This document shows, in pieces, positions 54,998 to 64,000 of a DNA stretch of 64,000 bases. This DNA comes from Thermoanaerobaculia bacterium (GTDB lineage: Bacteria; Acidobacteriota; Thermoanaerobaculia; UBA5066). The translations under genes and the position numbers were made by a program. The first letter of the stretch is position 1. Every line of letters starts with the position of its first letter. The stretch lies in the NCBI GenBank assembly GCA_963719225.1, contig CAVRAY010000001.1, forward strand, positions 2,048,001 through 2,112,000, given 5' to 3'. A model generated the notes under the pieces. The model had not been told where the DNA came from and ran no database searches. It saw nothing but the letters and a program-made list of their open reading frames with translations.

Positions 54998-55549
54998 ATG
55001 AAGCAGTCCCTCAAGGTCGGTTCGCTCACGGTCGTCGTTCTCGCGTTCATCGTCGCCTGCACTCCGAAACCGAAGCCGACGACGGCTCCGGAGCCAACGC
55101 CCGCGCCCGTTTCGACGCCCACCGTCGTGACGATCGAACCGTCGCCAACCCCGCAGCCGACGCCGCGGATGGACGCGGACGACATCACGAGGAAATCTCT
55201 CCAGGAGATTTCCAGCTACCTGAAGCCGGCCTTCTTCGATTACGACAAGGCCGACATTCGCTCCGACGCTCGCGACGTCCTCGCGGCGAACGCGACGTGG
55301 CTGAAGAAGTACCCGAGCATGCAGTTCACGATCGAGGGCCATTGCGACGAGCGCGGCACCTCGCAGTACAACCTCGCTCTCGGAGACCGCCGCGCGAATG
55401 CGGCGAAGGACTATCTCGCCTCCCTCGGCGTCGACGCGGGTCGGATCAAGACCGTGTCGTACGGCAAGGAGCGCCCCTTCGCCACCGGACACGACGAGGA
55501 CTCGTGGCAGAAGAACCGCCGCGCGCACTTCGTCGTCACCGCGAAGTGA
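54998..55549 (+). CDS. pal: Peptidoglycan-associated lipoprotein
   Basis: Lipobox IVAC; FFDYDK, EGHCDERGT..YN.ALG.RRA, SYGKERP, NRRA. Confidence 0.97.
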   Translation: MKQSLKVGSLTVVVLAFIVACTPKPKPTTAPEPTPAPVSTPTVVTIEPSPTPQPTPRMDADDITRKSLQEISSYLKPAFFDYDKADIRSDARDVLAANATWLKKYPSMQFTIEGHCDERGTSQYNLALGDRRANAAKDYLASLGVDAGRIKTVSYGKERPFATGHDEDSWQKNRRAHFVVTAK

Positions 55550-56406
55550 CCCGGCAGCGCGCCACTCGAGCCGTCCGCCTTGTTCTGGCCGCGGGATTCC
55601 TCGCGGCGGCGGGAGGCTGCGTCAGCGGAACCGACATCGACGGTCTCCACAAGCACCTTTCGACGGTCGAGAAGGAAGTCGACGCCGTCTCGAAACAGTC
55701 GTCCTCCAAGGAAGAGGTCGCGAAGCTCAACGAGACGCTCGCCAAGCAGGCGCAGACGCTCCTGCGTTCGAACGCCGATCTGGGCACGAAGTTCGACGAC
55801 CTGACGCGCGAGATGCAGTCGCTCGCCGGGAAGCTCGAGGATGCGAACCGCCGCCTGACGCAGCTCTCCCAGCAAATCGCCGAGTCGCAGGGACGCGGTT
55901 CGGCCGGAGCGGTGATCCTGCCGCCGCCCTCCTCGGCCCCGCCAGGACCCGCCGGCGTCGCGCCCGGGCCCGGCGGGGGCGGCCTCGCCGCGGCTCCCGC
56001 GGGACCGCGCGGCGCAGGCATCACGCCGGCGGATCTCTTCGCGCAGGCCACGGCCGACTACCAGCGCGGCCGATACGACCTCGCACGGCAGGGCTTCGAA
56101 GATTACGCCGAGAAGTTCCCGCGGACGGACCTCTCCGACGACGCCCTCTACTGGGCCGGGGAATGCTGGTCCGCGCAGAAGAAGCCGCGCGAGGCGATCG
56201 TCTCGTTCGACAAGCTCTTTCGCACGTATCCGCAGAGCGACAAGGCTCCGGCGGCGCATCTGAAGAAGGGCATCGGCCATCTCGAGCTCGGGGAGAAGGC
56301 CCAGGCGATGGTCGAGCTGAACTTCGTCGTCAACCAGTATCCGGGCTCCGACGAGGCCAAGAGCGCGCGGCAGCGCCTCAAATCCCTCGGCGGCGACTCC
56401 CGCTGA
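55546..56406 (+). CDS. cpoB: Cell division coordinator CpoB/YbgF (TPR)
   Basis: GTG overlapping the pal stop; coiled coil then TPRs (ALYWAGE, YPQSDKAPAA.LK.G). Confidence 0.9.
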   Translation: MTRQRATRAVRLVLAAGFLAAAGGCVSGTDIDGLHKHLSTVEKEVDAVSKQSSSKEEVAKLNETLAKQAQTLLRSNADLGTKFDDLTREMQSLAGKLEDANRRLTQLSQQIAESQGRGSAGAVILPPPSSAPPGPAGVAPGPGGGGLAAAPAGPRGAGITPADLFAQATADYQRGRYDLARQGFEDYAEKFPRTDLSDDALYWAGECWSAQKKPREAIVSFDKLFRTYPQSDKAPAAHLKKGIGHLELGEKAQAMVELNFVVNQYPGSDEAKSARQRLKSLGGDSR

Positions 56407-56439
56407 ACGATTCACAGAGAAAGGCACCCTCGAACCCAC

Positions 56440-56718
56440 ATGGCGAACACCAAGCAAGCCAAGAAGCGCGCCGCGCAGAGCGACCGACGCCGCGCCCGCA
56501 ATCGCTCCGTCGTCACCCAGGTCCGCAACGTCGTGAAGAACCTCCGGAGGACGGCGGAAGCCGAGGCCGCCAAGGTCGGCGGCATGCTTTCGAACGCCGT
56601 CTCCGAGCTCGACGTCGCCGTGCGGAAGGGCGTCCTCCACAGAAAGACCGCTTCCCGCCTGAAGTCGCGGATCTCGAAGACCGCGAACAAGGCGAAGAAA
56701 GCCGCCGCCGCGAAATAG
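56440..56718 (+). CDS. rpsT: 30S ribosomal protein S20
   Basis: MANTKQAKKR...KGVLHRKTASRLKSR. Confidence 0.97.
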   Translation: MANTKQAKKRAAQSDRRRARNRSVVTQVRNVVKNLRRTAEAEAAKVGGMLSNAVSELDVAVRKGVLHRKTASRLKSRISKTANKAKKAAAAK

Positions 56719-56754
56719 GAGAAGAAGAAAGAAGATTCTTTGAAAGGGAGAGAG
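56718..56754 (+). repeat. Dispersed motif, single copy after rpsT
   Basis: GAAGAAAGAAGA-TTC-TTT-GAA-AGGGAGAGAG (56740). Confidence 0.72.
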
Positions 56755-57294
56755 CTGCCGTCAATTCTGATGTGCGCGGTGGCGCTTTTCTCCGCACCCC
56801 TCTCTGCGGAAGTGACGAGCGTCGGCGCGAGCGGCTTCGCCGTGAGGCACGAGGTCCCTATCAACGCCGCGCCCGGCATCGTCTACGACGCGCTCACCGT
56901 CAAGGTCGGGAGCTGGTGGAACCCCGTCCACACGTACTCGAAGGATTCGAAGAACCTGTCGATCGCGGCCGTTCCCGGCGGCTGTTTCTGCGAGAGGTTT
57001 CCGGACAGCGGCGGCGTCCAGCACATGACCGTCGTCTACGCCAGCCCGGGCAAGGCGCTGCGGATGGCGGGCGCGCTCGGTCCCCTGCAAGCTTCCGGCC
57101 TATCCGGGAGCATGACGTGGGAGCTCGCGAAGGCTGGAACCGGCGCCAAGCTCGTCGTCACGTACGTCGTCGGGGGCTACATGGCGGGCGGATTCGAGAA
57201 GATCGCGCCGGGGGTGGACGCCATGGTCGGGGACCAGGCCATGAGGCTCAGGACGTTTCTGGAGACCGGCAGCCCCGCCCCTCCCGTGAAGTGA
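56740..57294 (+). CDS. Exported SRPBCC/Bet v1-like (AHSA1-like) protein
   Basis: Signal-like N-terminus; VYDAL...WW...HTYS...GGCFCE...GALGPL. Confidence 0.7.
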   Translation: MKGRELPSILMCAVALFSAPLSAEVTSVGASGFAVRHEVPINAAPGIVYDALTVKVGSWWNPVHTYSKDSKNLSIAAVPGGCFCERFPDSGGVQHMTVVYASPGKALRMAGALGPLQASGLSGSMTWELAKAGTGAKLVVTYVVGGYMAGGFEKIAPGVDAMVGDQAMRLRTFLETGSPAPPVK

Positions 57295-57313
57295 GACTCA
57301 GGAGAGTCAGTTT

Positions 57314-57931
57314 CTAGAAGCCTTCGAGGATCGTCGTGACGAGGTTCTGCGCGAACGGGCGGGCCATCGCCTCGATCGCCTCGCGCTCGCGGTCGTAATA
57401 CGAGCTCGCGCTCGAGGGCACGGTGTAAGGCTGCCGGAAGAGGTATGCCGGCTCGGAGAAGATCGGCTTGTCGGTGGCCTTTTCGGTCAGGACGAGCTTT
57501 CCCGAGACCGTCACCTGGTATTCGACCGCGATCCCGTTCGCGTCGAAGCGGACGGGCGCAACCGAGCAGGACGTCAGCCGCCCCGACAGCTCGGAGTCCG
57601 CCGCGGCCCTGTCGGACACGGGCTTGAGACGGCCGCGCGCGGACAGCTCCCGAATGACGGCGTCCGTGAGGCGCTGCTCGAGCCCCACGACCGTCGTGTC
57701 GTTGATGAACGTCGGCACATAAACCGTCTTGACGCCGACCGGCAGCGCGCTCGTCCCGGTGCCCACGAGCGAGTACCCACAGCCGGAAACGGAGAATAGG
57801 AAAATGATCAAGAAAGAGAAGAGAAAGACTTCTTTGAAAGGGGAAGTACCCGGAGCGCGGCACCGGCCGCGCGGTGCGACGGACGTCCGCCCGCGACCAC
57901 TCGAAGAATCTTCTCTTCCTTCTTCCGTCAC
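57314..57931 (-). CDS. lptE: LPS assembly lipoprotein LptE-like
   Basis: Lipobox VSGC followed by GYSL; VYVPTFIN.T; directly after leuS (GTGA overlap) as in conserved leuS-lptE. Confidence 0.8.
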   Translation of the reverse strand: MTEEGREDSSSGRGRTSVAPRGRCRAPGTSPFKEVFLFSFLIIFLFSVSGCGYSLVGTGTSALPVGVKTVYVPTFINDTTVVGLEQRLTDAVIRELSARGRLKPVSDRAAADSELSGRLTSCSVAPVRFDANGIAVEYQVTVSGKLVLTEKATDKPIFSEPAYLFRQPYTVPSSASSYYDREREAIEAMARPFAQNLVTTILEGF

Positions 57932-58057
57932 TTGACGACCAGATTCAGCAGTCGGTCCTGCACCCAGATGGTCTTCACTATTTGCTTGCCGTCCAGCCAA
58001 CGAGAGAGCGTCGCCTCATCCTGAGCCGCGGCTACCGCTTCCTTCTCAGAAGATCCT
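57792..58057. repeat. Dispersed motif, three copies across lptE 5' / leuS 3'
   Basis: + GAGAAAGAC-TTC-TTT-GAA-AGGGGAAG (57834); - GAGAAGA-TTC-TTC-GAG-TGG (57904); - GGATC-TTC-TGA-GAA-GGAAG (58047). Confidence 0.7.
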
Positions 58058-60540
58058 CTTCGAAGCTTGATCTCGGCACGTACCTTTCCCGACACCTGTA
58101 TTGCAATCGACGCGACCTCCTCTTTCGCGAGCGCGGGATCGAAGCTCGGCCAGCCCGACTCGAGGAGGCTCTTCCTGCCGCCCAGCCTCTCGTTCAACTC
58201 TTCGGAGAGATGCGGCGCGACGGGATGGAGGAGCGTCACGAGCGTGCGCAGCGTCGTTGCGGTCTCGCCCGCGTCCGCGCCCGCGTCGTTCAGAAGGACC
58301 GTCGCGCCGTTGAGGAATTCCATGAGGTGCGCAACGGCCGTGTGGAACGAGAACGCCCGGAAGTCCTCCGTGACCTTCTTGATCGTCATGTGCCGCGCGC
58401 GCGCCGCCGGGGTGTCGGCCTTCGCCGGCTGCGCCTGTGGATCGGCGCCCGTCTCGAGGAACCGCTCGACGGCGCTCCGAACGCGCCAGAGAAAGCGCTC
58501 CGGCCCGCTGATGCCCTCGTCGTTCCATTCGGCGTCCTTCTCCGGGGGGCCGAGGAAGAGGACGAACGCGCGCACGGCGTCAGCGCCCTTCTCGGCGATG
58601 AGCGCGTCGAGCGACACGGCGTTGCCGCGCGACTTCGACATCTTCTCGACGCGACCCGTCGGGGACAGACGCGTGATCATGCCCTGGTTGAAGAGGGCCG
58701 TGAACGGCTCCTCGAACGTCACGAGGCCGAGATCCTTCAGGATGCGCGTGAAGAAGCGCGCGTAGAGGAGATGCAGGATCGCGTGCTCGATGCCGCCGAT
58801 GTACTGGTCGACGGGGGCCCACTCCTTCACGAGAGAGGGGTCGAAAGGCGCCGCGGCGTTCTGCGGATCGATGTACCTCAGGAAATACCAGGACGAGTCC
58901 ACGAAGGTGTCCATCGTGTCGGTCTCGCGGCGGGCAGGCCCGCCGCACCGAGGACACTTCGTCTGCACGAAGGAAGCGACCTTCTCGAGCGGATTTCCGC
59001 CCTTGCCCGTGAACGGCGCGTCGGGCGGCAGGACGATTGGAAGGTCCTTCTCCGGTACGGGCACCCACCCGTCCTTCTCACAGTGGATCATGGGAATCGG
59101 CGTACCCCAGTAGCGCTGGCGCGAGATGAGCCAGTCGCGGAGGCGGTAGCGCACGCGGGGCCCGCCGATCCCTCTCTTCGCGGCTTCGGCGGCAATGAGT
59201 TCGCGGGCAGAAGAGGAAGATTTTGCTGAGAAGGGACCAGAGGCAATGAGGTTTCCTTCGCCCGTGTAGGCGACCGAAGGGACGTCGGCACCGCCGGAAT
59301 GAGATTTGTTCGAGTGGTCCCTCGCAGGCGCGACGCCGGAGCCCGAGGCGCCGCCCGACGCACGTGTTTCGCCCTTCCCCTTTTCCCCTCTAAGCAAATC
59401 TTCTTCTTTCTTCTTCTCTTCTTCGATCACGCGAACGATCGGGATCCCGTACTTCCTCGCGAACTCGAAGTCGCGCGTGTCGTGCGCGGGCACCGCCATG
59501 AGCGCGCCCGTGCCGTAGTCGGCGATGACGAAGTTCGCGAGCCACACGGGCACTTCCACTCCCGTGAAGGGGTTGATCGCCGTGCGGCCGGTGTCGCGGC
59601 CGTCCTTCTCGGCGCCCTCGGCCTCGCGCACGATGCGCTCCTGGCTGCGGACGGACGCGACCCAGGCTTCGAGCTCGGCCCGCTTCGGGCTGCCTTCGAG
59701 AAGCCGCGGGACGAGCGCGTGCTCGGGCGCGAGGATGAGCGCCGTCGCGCCGAAGACCGTGTCGGGGCGCGTCGTGAAAACGCGCACGGATTCGTTCAGC
59801 GAAGGGATCGCGAAATCCAGGTCGGCGCCCGTGGACCTTCCGATCCAGTTGCGCTGCATCGTCACGACTTTTTCGGGCCACTTGCCGAGCGTGTCGAGGC
59901 CGTCCAGCAGGCGATCCGCGTAGTCGGTGATCTTCAGGAACCACTGCTCGAGCTCTCGCTGCACGACCGCAGTGCCGCAGCGGTCACAGACGCCCCCCTC
60001 GGCCTGCTCGTTCGCGAGCACGGTCAGGCACGACGGGCACCAGTTCACGGCGGCCTTCTTGCGGACCGCAAGGCCCTTTTCCCAGAGCTTCAGGAAGAAC
60101 CACTGGTTCCAGCGGTAATAGTCGGGCTCGCAGGTCGTGACTTCTTTCGTCCAGTCGTAGAGGACGCCCCACGACCGGAACTGCTCCTTCATGGCCGCGA
60201 TGTTCGCGAGCGTCGACGTGCGCGGGTGGATGCCCTTCTGGATCGCATAGTTCTCCGCCGGCAGGCCGAACGCGTCCCAGCCCATCGGGCAGAACACCGT
60301 CACGCCCGTCTGTCGCAGGAAGCGATGGAGCGCGTCCGTGAGGAAATACGTGCGCGCGTGCCCGACGTGGAGGCGATCTCCCGATGGATAGGGAAGCATG
60401 ACGAGGAGATACGTTCCATCGCCCGCCGGCTGCGACGTGTCGACGAACGCCGCCCGTTCCGCCTCCCAGCGGTCGCGCCATTTCGCCTCGATCCTGAGGA
60501 TTTCTTCGCCTTTTGCCGTGGCGGTCGCGGTGCGGTCCAT
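57928..60540 (-). CDS. leuS: Leucine--tRNA ligase
   Basis: [46 protein letters not shown]. Confidence 0.98.
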   Translation of the reverse strand: MDRTATATAKGEEILRIEAKWRDRWEAERAAFVDTSQPAGDGTYLLVMLPYPSGDRLHVGHARTYFLTDALHRFLRQTGVTVFCPMGWDAFGLPAENYAIQKGIHPRTSTLANIAAMKEQFRSWGVLYDWTKEVTTCEPDYYRWNQWFFLKLWEKGLAVRKKAAVNWCPSCLTVLANEQAEGGVCDRCGTAVVQRELEQWFLKITDYADRLLDGLDTLGKWPEKVVTMQRNWIGRSTGADLDFAIPSLNESVRVFTTRPDTVFGATALILAPEHALVPRLLEGSPKRAELEAWVASVRSQERIVREAEGAEKDGRDTGRTAINPFTGVEVPVWLANFVIADYGTGALMAVPAHDTRDFEFARKYGIPIVRVIEEEKKKEEDLLRGEKGKGETRASGGASGSGVAPARDHSNKSHSGGADVPSVAYTGEGNLIASGPFSAKSSSSARELIAAEAAKRGIGGPRVRYRLRDWLISRQRYWGTPIPMIHCEKDGWVPVPEKDLPIVLPPDAPFTGKGGNPLEKVASFVQTKCPRCGGPARRETDTMDTFVDSSWYFLRYIDPQNAAAPFDPSLVKEWAPVDQYIGGIEHAILHLLYARFFTRILKDLGLVTFEEPFTALFNQGMITRLSPTGRVEKMSKSRGNAVSLDALIAEKGADAVRAFVLFLGPPEKDAEWNDEGISGPERFLWRVRSAVERFLETGADPQAQPAKADTPAARARHMTIKKVTEDFRAFSFHTAVAHLMEFLNGATVLLNDAGADAGETATTLRTLVTLLHPVAPHLSEELNERLGGRKSLLESGWPSFDPALAKEEVASIAIQVSGKVRAEIKLRRGSSEKEAVAAAQDEATLSRWLDGKQIVKTIWVQDRLLNLVVK
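59209..59424. repeat. Dispersed motif, three copies inside leuS
   Basis: + GAAGATTT-TGC-TGA-GAA-GG (59228); + GAGAT-TTG-TTC-GAG-TGG (59310); - GAAGAAGATT-TGC-TTA-GAG-GGGAAAAGG (59392). Confidence 0.7.
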
Positions 60541-60575
60541 CGAGTCGGCGAGTGTAAACGACGAAAGGCAGGACG

Positions 60576-61481
60576 TCAGCGGCGCGCCGGCGCGGGGGCC
60601 GCGAGCGCACGCGGGTCGAGCGGCGCCCCTTCTACGGCTTCGACGATGCTCGCTCCACGCGGCCGGTAGAGCGTCAACCCGCCCGCGGCAGTCTCGAGAA
60701 CGGGCCGTTTCAGCGCCTCCGAGCGGTCGGCCACGCCGACGTGAAAACCGGCGGGCGGCTGCGTCTCGAGCGCGAGATGCTTCGCCGTGACGGTGTTCGC
60801 GAGCCCGCTCGGGTCCGAAGGCACCCAGCCCAGACCGGGCACGAACACCTCGATCCAGCGGTGGCGCACGCCTCCGAGGTCCGCGTTGAAGACCGAGCGC
60901 GACTCGGGAGTGAGCTCTCGAGCGCGCTCGGCGGTGAGGATTCCCGTCACCTGCCGGGCGGGAATGCCCGACCGGAGGAGGAGCTCGGCCGCCAGGAGCG
61001 AGCGCCCCACGCACGAGCCCCGACGCGCGCGCAGCGTGAGAAAGGCCGTCTCCGCCGCGCCGTCCGGCAGCGCATAGCGAATCCGGCGGGCCGTGAAAGC
61101 GACGACCCGCTCCACCGCCTCGAGAGTCGTCTTCGCGCCCGCGAGGAGCCTGTTGGAGAGGACGTCGAGGTCCGGAGCGTCCGCGAGCGGCCCGGCAAGG
61201 ACCGCACGCGCTTCGGCCGAGAGGCTCGCGGGAGGCGGCGGGAATGGTGCGTCCGCCGTGAACGGCTCGGCGGACACCTCGACGCGGGCTTCCAGGGCTT
61301 TGCCGTCGGCGGACGACAGCACGACGCGATATCCCGCCTCCTCCACGGCCCGCGCATAGCGCCAGGGCGCGGGACCTTCGAGCCGGTAACGTGCCCATTC
61401 CCCTGCGGCGGGCGCGTCCTGGCCCGCGGCCGGAATGGGAACCGCAAAGGCGAGCGCGAGGAGGAGGGCGCGCGACGTCAT
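60576..61481 (-). CDS. Exported transglutaminase-like protein
   Basis: Signal peptide; RGSC...[11 protein letters not shown]; [18 protein letters not shown] (Cys-His-Asp triad). Confidence 0.82.
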   Translation of the reverse strand: MTSRALLLALAFAVPIPAAGQDAPAAGEWARYRLEGPAPWRYARAVEEAGYRVVLSSADGKALEARVEVSAEPFTADAPFPPPPASLSAEARAVLAGPLADAPDLDVLSNRLLAGAKTTLEAVERVVAFTARRIRYALPDGAAETAFLTLRARRGSCVGRSLLAAELLLRSGIPARQVTGILTAERARELTPESRSVFNADLGGVRHRWIEVFVPGLGWVPSDPSGLANTVTAKHLALETQPPAGFHVGVADRSEALKRPVLETAAGGLTLYRPRGASIVEAVEGAPLDPRALAAPAPARR

Positions 61482-61918
61482 CCGCCCCCTCCCCCGATCC
61501 GGGCACGCGGGCCGAACGTGGCCCGGCGTATACCGTCGAGGACGCCGTTCACGAAAGGCCCCGAGGACGGCGTGGAAAACTTCTTCGCGATCTCCACGGC
61601 CTCGTCGATCACGACGGGGTCTGGGGTGTCCTCCTCGTAGAGGAGCTCGTAGAGCGCGAGCCGCAGGAGATTGCGGTCCACGGCAGCCATCCGCCCGAGG
61701 CGCCAGTGCTCCGAGCGCTCGGAGAGCTTCGCATCGAGCTCGTCGCGCCGCGACAACGTGCCCGTGACGAGGCGCTGGGCGTACTCCTGGACCTCTGGTC
61801 TCGCGATCACGTACTCCTCGGTGCGCTCGAACATCTCTTCGGGCGGCGTCCCGGCGAGATCGTTCTGATAGAGAAGCTGAAGCGCCAGCTCTCGGGACTT
61901 TCGCCGGCGGCCGCTCAC
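61478..61918 (-). CDS. nusB: Transcription antitermination factor NusB
   Basis: [36 protein letters not shown]. Confidence 0.96.
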   Translation of the reverse strand: MSGRRRKSRELALQLLYQNDLAGTPPEEMFERTEEYVIARPEVQEYAQRLVTGTLSRRDELDAKLSERSEHWRLGRMAAVDRNLLRLALYELLYEEDTPDPVVIDEAVEIAKKFSTPSSGPFVNGVLDGIRRATFGPRARIGGGGG

Positions 61919-61938
61919 GCGCGTCCTCCGCCCGGCTT

Positions 61939-62436
61939 TCAGCGCGCGGGGCGCGAAGTGCGAGCCGACGTCTTCTTGAGGCGAGCCCGGAGGTCGGCGG
62001 CCTCGACGGCGGCCATCGCGGCCTCGAAGCCCTTGTTCCCGCCCTTGGCGCCCGATCGTTCGAGCGCCTGTTCGAGCGTGTCGCACGTCAGGACGCCGAA
62101 CGCGACGGGAAGGTCGAGCTCCAGGGAAACCTGGAAGACGCCCTTCGCCGTCTCCCCCGCAACGTATTCGAAATGCGGTGTGCCGCCCCGGAGGACCGCG
62201 CCAAGAGCCACGAGCGCGTCGAACCGGCCGGAACGGGCGAGATCGCGGAGGGCGAGCGGAAGCTCCCACGCACCGGGCGCACGCACGAGAACGACGTCTT
62301 CGTCGGCGGCCCCGGTCCTCCGAAACGCGTCGAGGGCACCCTCGACCAGGCGCGAGACGACGAGGTCGTTCGTACGTGCCGCCACGACGCCGAAGCGCCG
62401 GCCCGCGGAGGAAAGATGCCCCTCGATCACGTTCAT
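61939..62436 (-). CDS. ribH: 6,7-dimethyl-8-ribityllumazine synthase
   Basis: PGAWELP, LGAVLRGGTPHFEYV, FGVLT, GNKG; ribH-nusB synteny. Confidence 0.96.
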   Translation of the reverse strand: MNVIEGHLSSAGRRFGVVAARTNDLVVSRLVEGALDAFRRTGAADEDVVLVRAPGAWELPLALRDLARSGRFDALVALGAVLRGGTPHFEYVAGETAKGVFQVSLELDLPVAFGVLTCDTLEQALERSGAKGGNKGFEAAMAAVEAADLRARLKKTSARTSRPAR

Positions 62437-62458
62437 CGGACCCAAGAGTGTATCAGCC

Positions 62459-63469
62459 TCAGCGCGCGGCGAGCTCGCTCACGCGCGCATGAGGTCCTTC
62501 GAAACCGAAATTCTCGCCGTAACGGGCGATGAAGTCGGCGATCCCATACCTGGGCGGCTGCGGGCCGAGGGCTTCGAGCGTGTAGACGGCGGCCACGCTT
62601 CCCACGCGGCCCGCGACCTCCCAGGGCAGACCGAGGTGGCGCGCCGCGAGAAGGCCGCCGCGAAACGCGTCTCCGACGCCCGTCGGATCCACCGCCGTGC
62701 CGCGGAGGCGGGCGGGCGGAATGCGGAACGTCGTGACGCCGTCGGGAGCCTCCGCCTGGCCGCCCCTCAGCGCGATCGTGGAGCCCTCGGCACCACGCGT
62801 CACGACGAGAACGGGCGCGTGCGAGAGCACCTCGGCTTCCGAGAGGCCGGTCTTCATCTCGATCACGCCGAACTCGTACTCGTTCGCGATGAGCATCGCG
62901 GCGCCTTGCAGCCCTGCGAGAAGGTCGTCGCCCGAAAGCCGCGCGACTTGCTGGCTGGGGTCGTATACGAATGCGATGCGGAGCTCCCGGCACTCCGTCG
63001 CGTACTTCGCCATCGCGACGGGATCGTTCGGCGAGATGATCGCGACGCTCACGCTGCTCGGCGAGAGTTCCCGGAAGGACAGCGTCGAGGCGCGTGCCAT
63101 GGCCCCGGTGTAGAAAGTCGCGATCTGGTTCTGTGCCTGATCGGTGGAGACGAAGAACGAGGCGGTGAAGAGATCGTCGCAAATGTGCAGGGCCGAAGTG
63201 TCGACTCCCTGCTCGGCGAGCCAGCGGCTGTAATCGAGCGCGTCGATACCTGCCGTCGCCATGACGAGCGGCCGGAGGCCGAGGAGCGCGAGCGTGTAGG
63301 CGATGTTCGGAGCTACGCCCCCCCGCACCTTGCGCATGGAATCCACGAGGAACGAGACCGAGAGTCGGTCCATGCGGTCGGGCACGACGACGTCGAGGAA
63401 CTTCCCCGGGAACGTCATGAGGTAGTCGTAGGCGACGGAGCCGGTGACGACGATGCGGCGAGCGGTCAT
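62459..63469 (-). CDS. PfkB-family sugar/nucleoside kinase (adenosine kinase-like)
   Basis: GSVAYD, GGVAPNIAY, DPSQQ, NEYE, DPTGVGDAFRGG; downstream of mtnP. Confidence 0.88.
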   Translation of the reverse strand: MTARRIVVTGSVAYDYLMTFPGKFLDVVVPDRMDRLSVSFLVDSMRKVRGGVAPNIAYTLALLGLRPLVMATAGIDALDYSRWLAEQGVDTSALHICDDLFTASFFVSTDQAQNQIATFYTGAMARASTLSFRELSPSSVSVAIISPNDPVAMAKYATECRELRIAFVYDPSQQVARLSGDDLLAGLQGAAMLIANEYEFGVIEMKTGLSEAEVLSHAPVLVVTRGAEGSTIALRGGQAEAPDGVTTFRIPPARLRGTAVDPTGVGDAFRGGLLAARHLGLPWEVAGRVGSVAAVYTLEALGPQPPRYGIADFIARYGENFGFEGPHARVSELAAR

Positions 63470-64000
63470 CTCTTTTCCTTGTTCAAAAGCAGCGCGAGCC
63501 GCTTCGAGGTGGCGGGAGCGATCCGGCCTCTCGGAGTGAGAACGGCGAAGTCGAGGGCGTTCGCGCAGTCGCTCGCGCGGCCGGGATCGAGGCGGCCGAC
63601 GGCGTTCGCGAGGACGCGATCCGCCGTGCCCGCGTTTTTCTTCAGGACGTCGAGGACGGCCTCGACCGAAACCGCCGCTCTTTCCTCGTGCCAGCAGTCG
63701 TAGTCCGTGACGAGCGCGATCGACGCGTAGCCGATGCCCGCCTCGCGGCACAGCTTAGCTTCGGTCGCGTTCGTCATGCCGATCACGTCTGCGCCCCAGG
63801 AGCGGTAGAGAAGCGACTCGGCCTTCGTCGAGAACTGGGGGCCCTCGATGCACACGTACGTCCCGCCCCGATGGCAAACGACGCCTTCGGCCCGGGCGGC
63901 CGCTTCGAGAGCGTCGACGAGCACGGCAGAAACCGGGTGCGCGAACGACACATGCCCCACGCAGCCGTCCCCGAAGAACGTCGAGATCCGGCGTTTGGTC
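63466..64000 (-). CDS. mtnP: S-methyl-5'-thioadenosine phosphorylase (5' end beyond the window)
   Basis: GTYVCIEGPQFSTKAES, IGMT, EAKLCREA, VTDYDCW. Confidence 0.93.
   Translation of the reverse strand, partial: TKRRISTFFGDGCVGHVSFAHPVSAVLVDALEAAARAEGVVCHRGGTYVCIEGPQFSTKAESLLYRSWGADVIGMTNATEAKLCREAGIGYASIALVTDYDCWHEERAAVSVEAVLDVLKKNAGTADRVLANAVGRLDPGRASDCANALDFAVLTPRGRIAPATSKRLALLLNKEKR

Noticed and set aside
55191-55213. 9-bp inverted repeat GGAAATCTC-N5-GAGATTTCC inside pal
   Set aside because: Single occurrence in coding sequence with no other support; could be chance.
12469-59424. Reading the head-to-head motif pairs as MITE/IS terminal inverted repeats or a CRISPR array
   Set aside because: Interiors share no similarity, lengths vary, I saw no target duplications, transposase or cas genes, and several copies sit in otherwise normal coding sequence. 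A very old REP-like origin cannot be fully excluded.
81-63703. Many very long ORFs antisense to or overlapping real genes (e.g. 958..2904, 8814..11432, 30502..33534, 44727..47759, 61391..63703)
   Set aside because: Arg/Ala/Pro/Gly-rich shadow frames expected at high GC; the opposite strand or another frame carries clear family motifs.

Overview
GC-rich bacterial chromosomal window made almost entirely of tightly packed housekeeping operons. The gene set and order (long LptC/A-like protein-lptB-rpoN, S55 peptidase plus beta-propeller, DUF4388-J-TPR, tol-pal) suggest Acidobacteriota, possibly Thermoanaerobaculia; this is an inference. Contents: rpoN (partial), lptB, LptC/A-like, recJ, accA, a methyltransferase/dioxygenase pair, priA, udg, rpoZ, gmk, yicC, msbA, lpxB, HIT, IHF/HU, sppA, rpsA, cmk, rluB, scpBA, trpS, site-2 protease, recG, cNMP-FHA protein, RNase P RNA, S53 protease, uvrC, ALDH/SDR, pabB/pabC-like, coaD, a peptide ABC system, tolQRAB-pal-cpoB, rpsT, lptE, leuS, nusB, ribH, a PfkB kinase and mtnP (partial). 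I saw no transposase, integrase, CRISPR, rRNA or tRNA. The most striking unexplained signal is a dispersed AT-rich, polar motif, approximately (GA)AGAT(T)-TTC-TTN-GAA-RGKGAA inside purine tracts. I counted about 25 copies by eye in 12 clusters. Multi-copy clusters are usually head-to-head with copies often 68-100 bp apart, and many lie inside core genes (leuS, recG, udg, yicC, lpxB, scpB, pabB, lptE, tolB), where they appear to shape the protein sequence. Secondary signals are probable non-canonical starts for recG and priA (possibly IHF) and several leaderless-type promoters.
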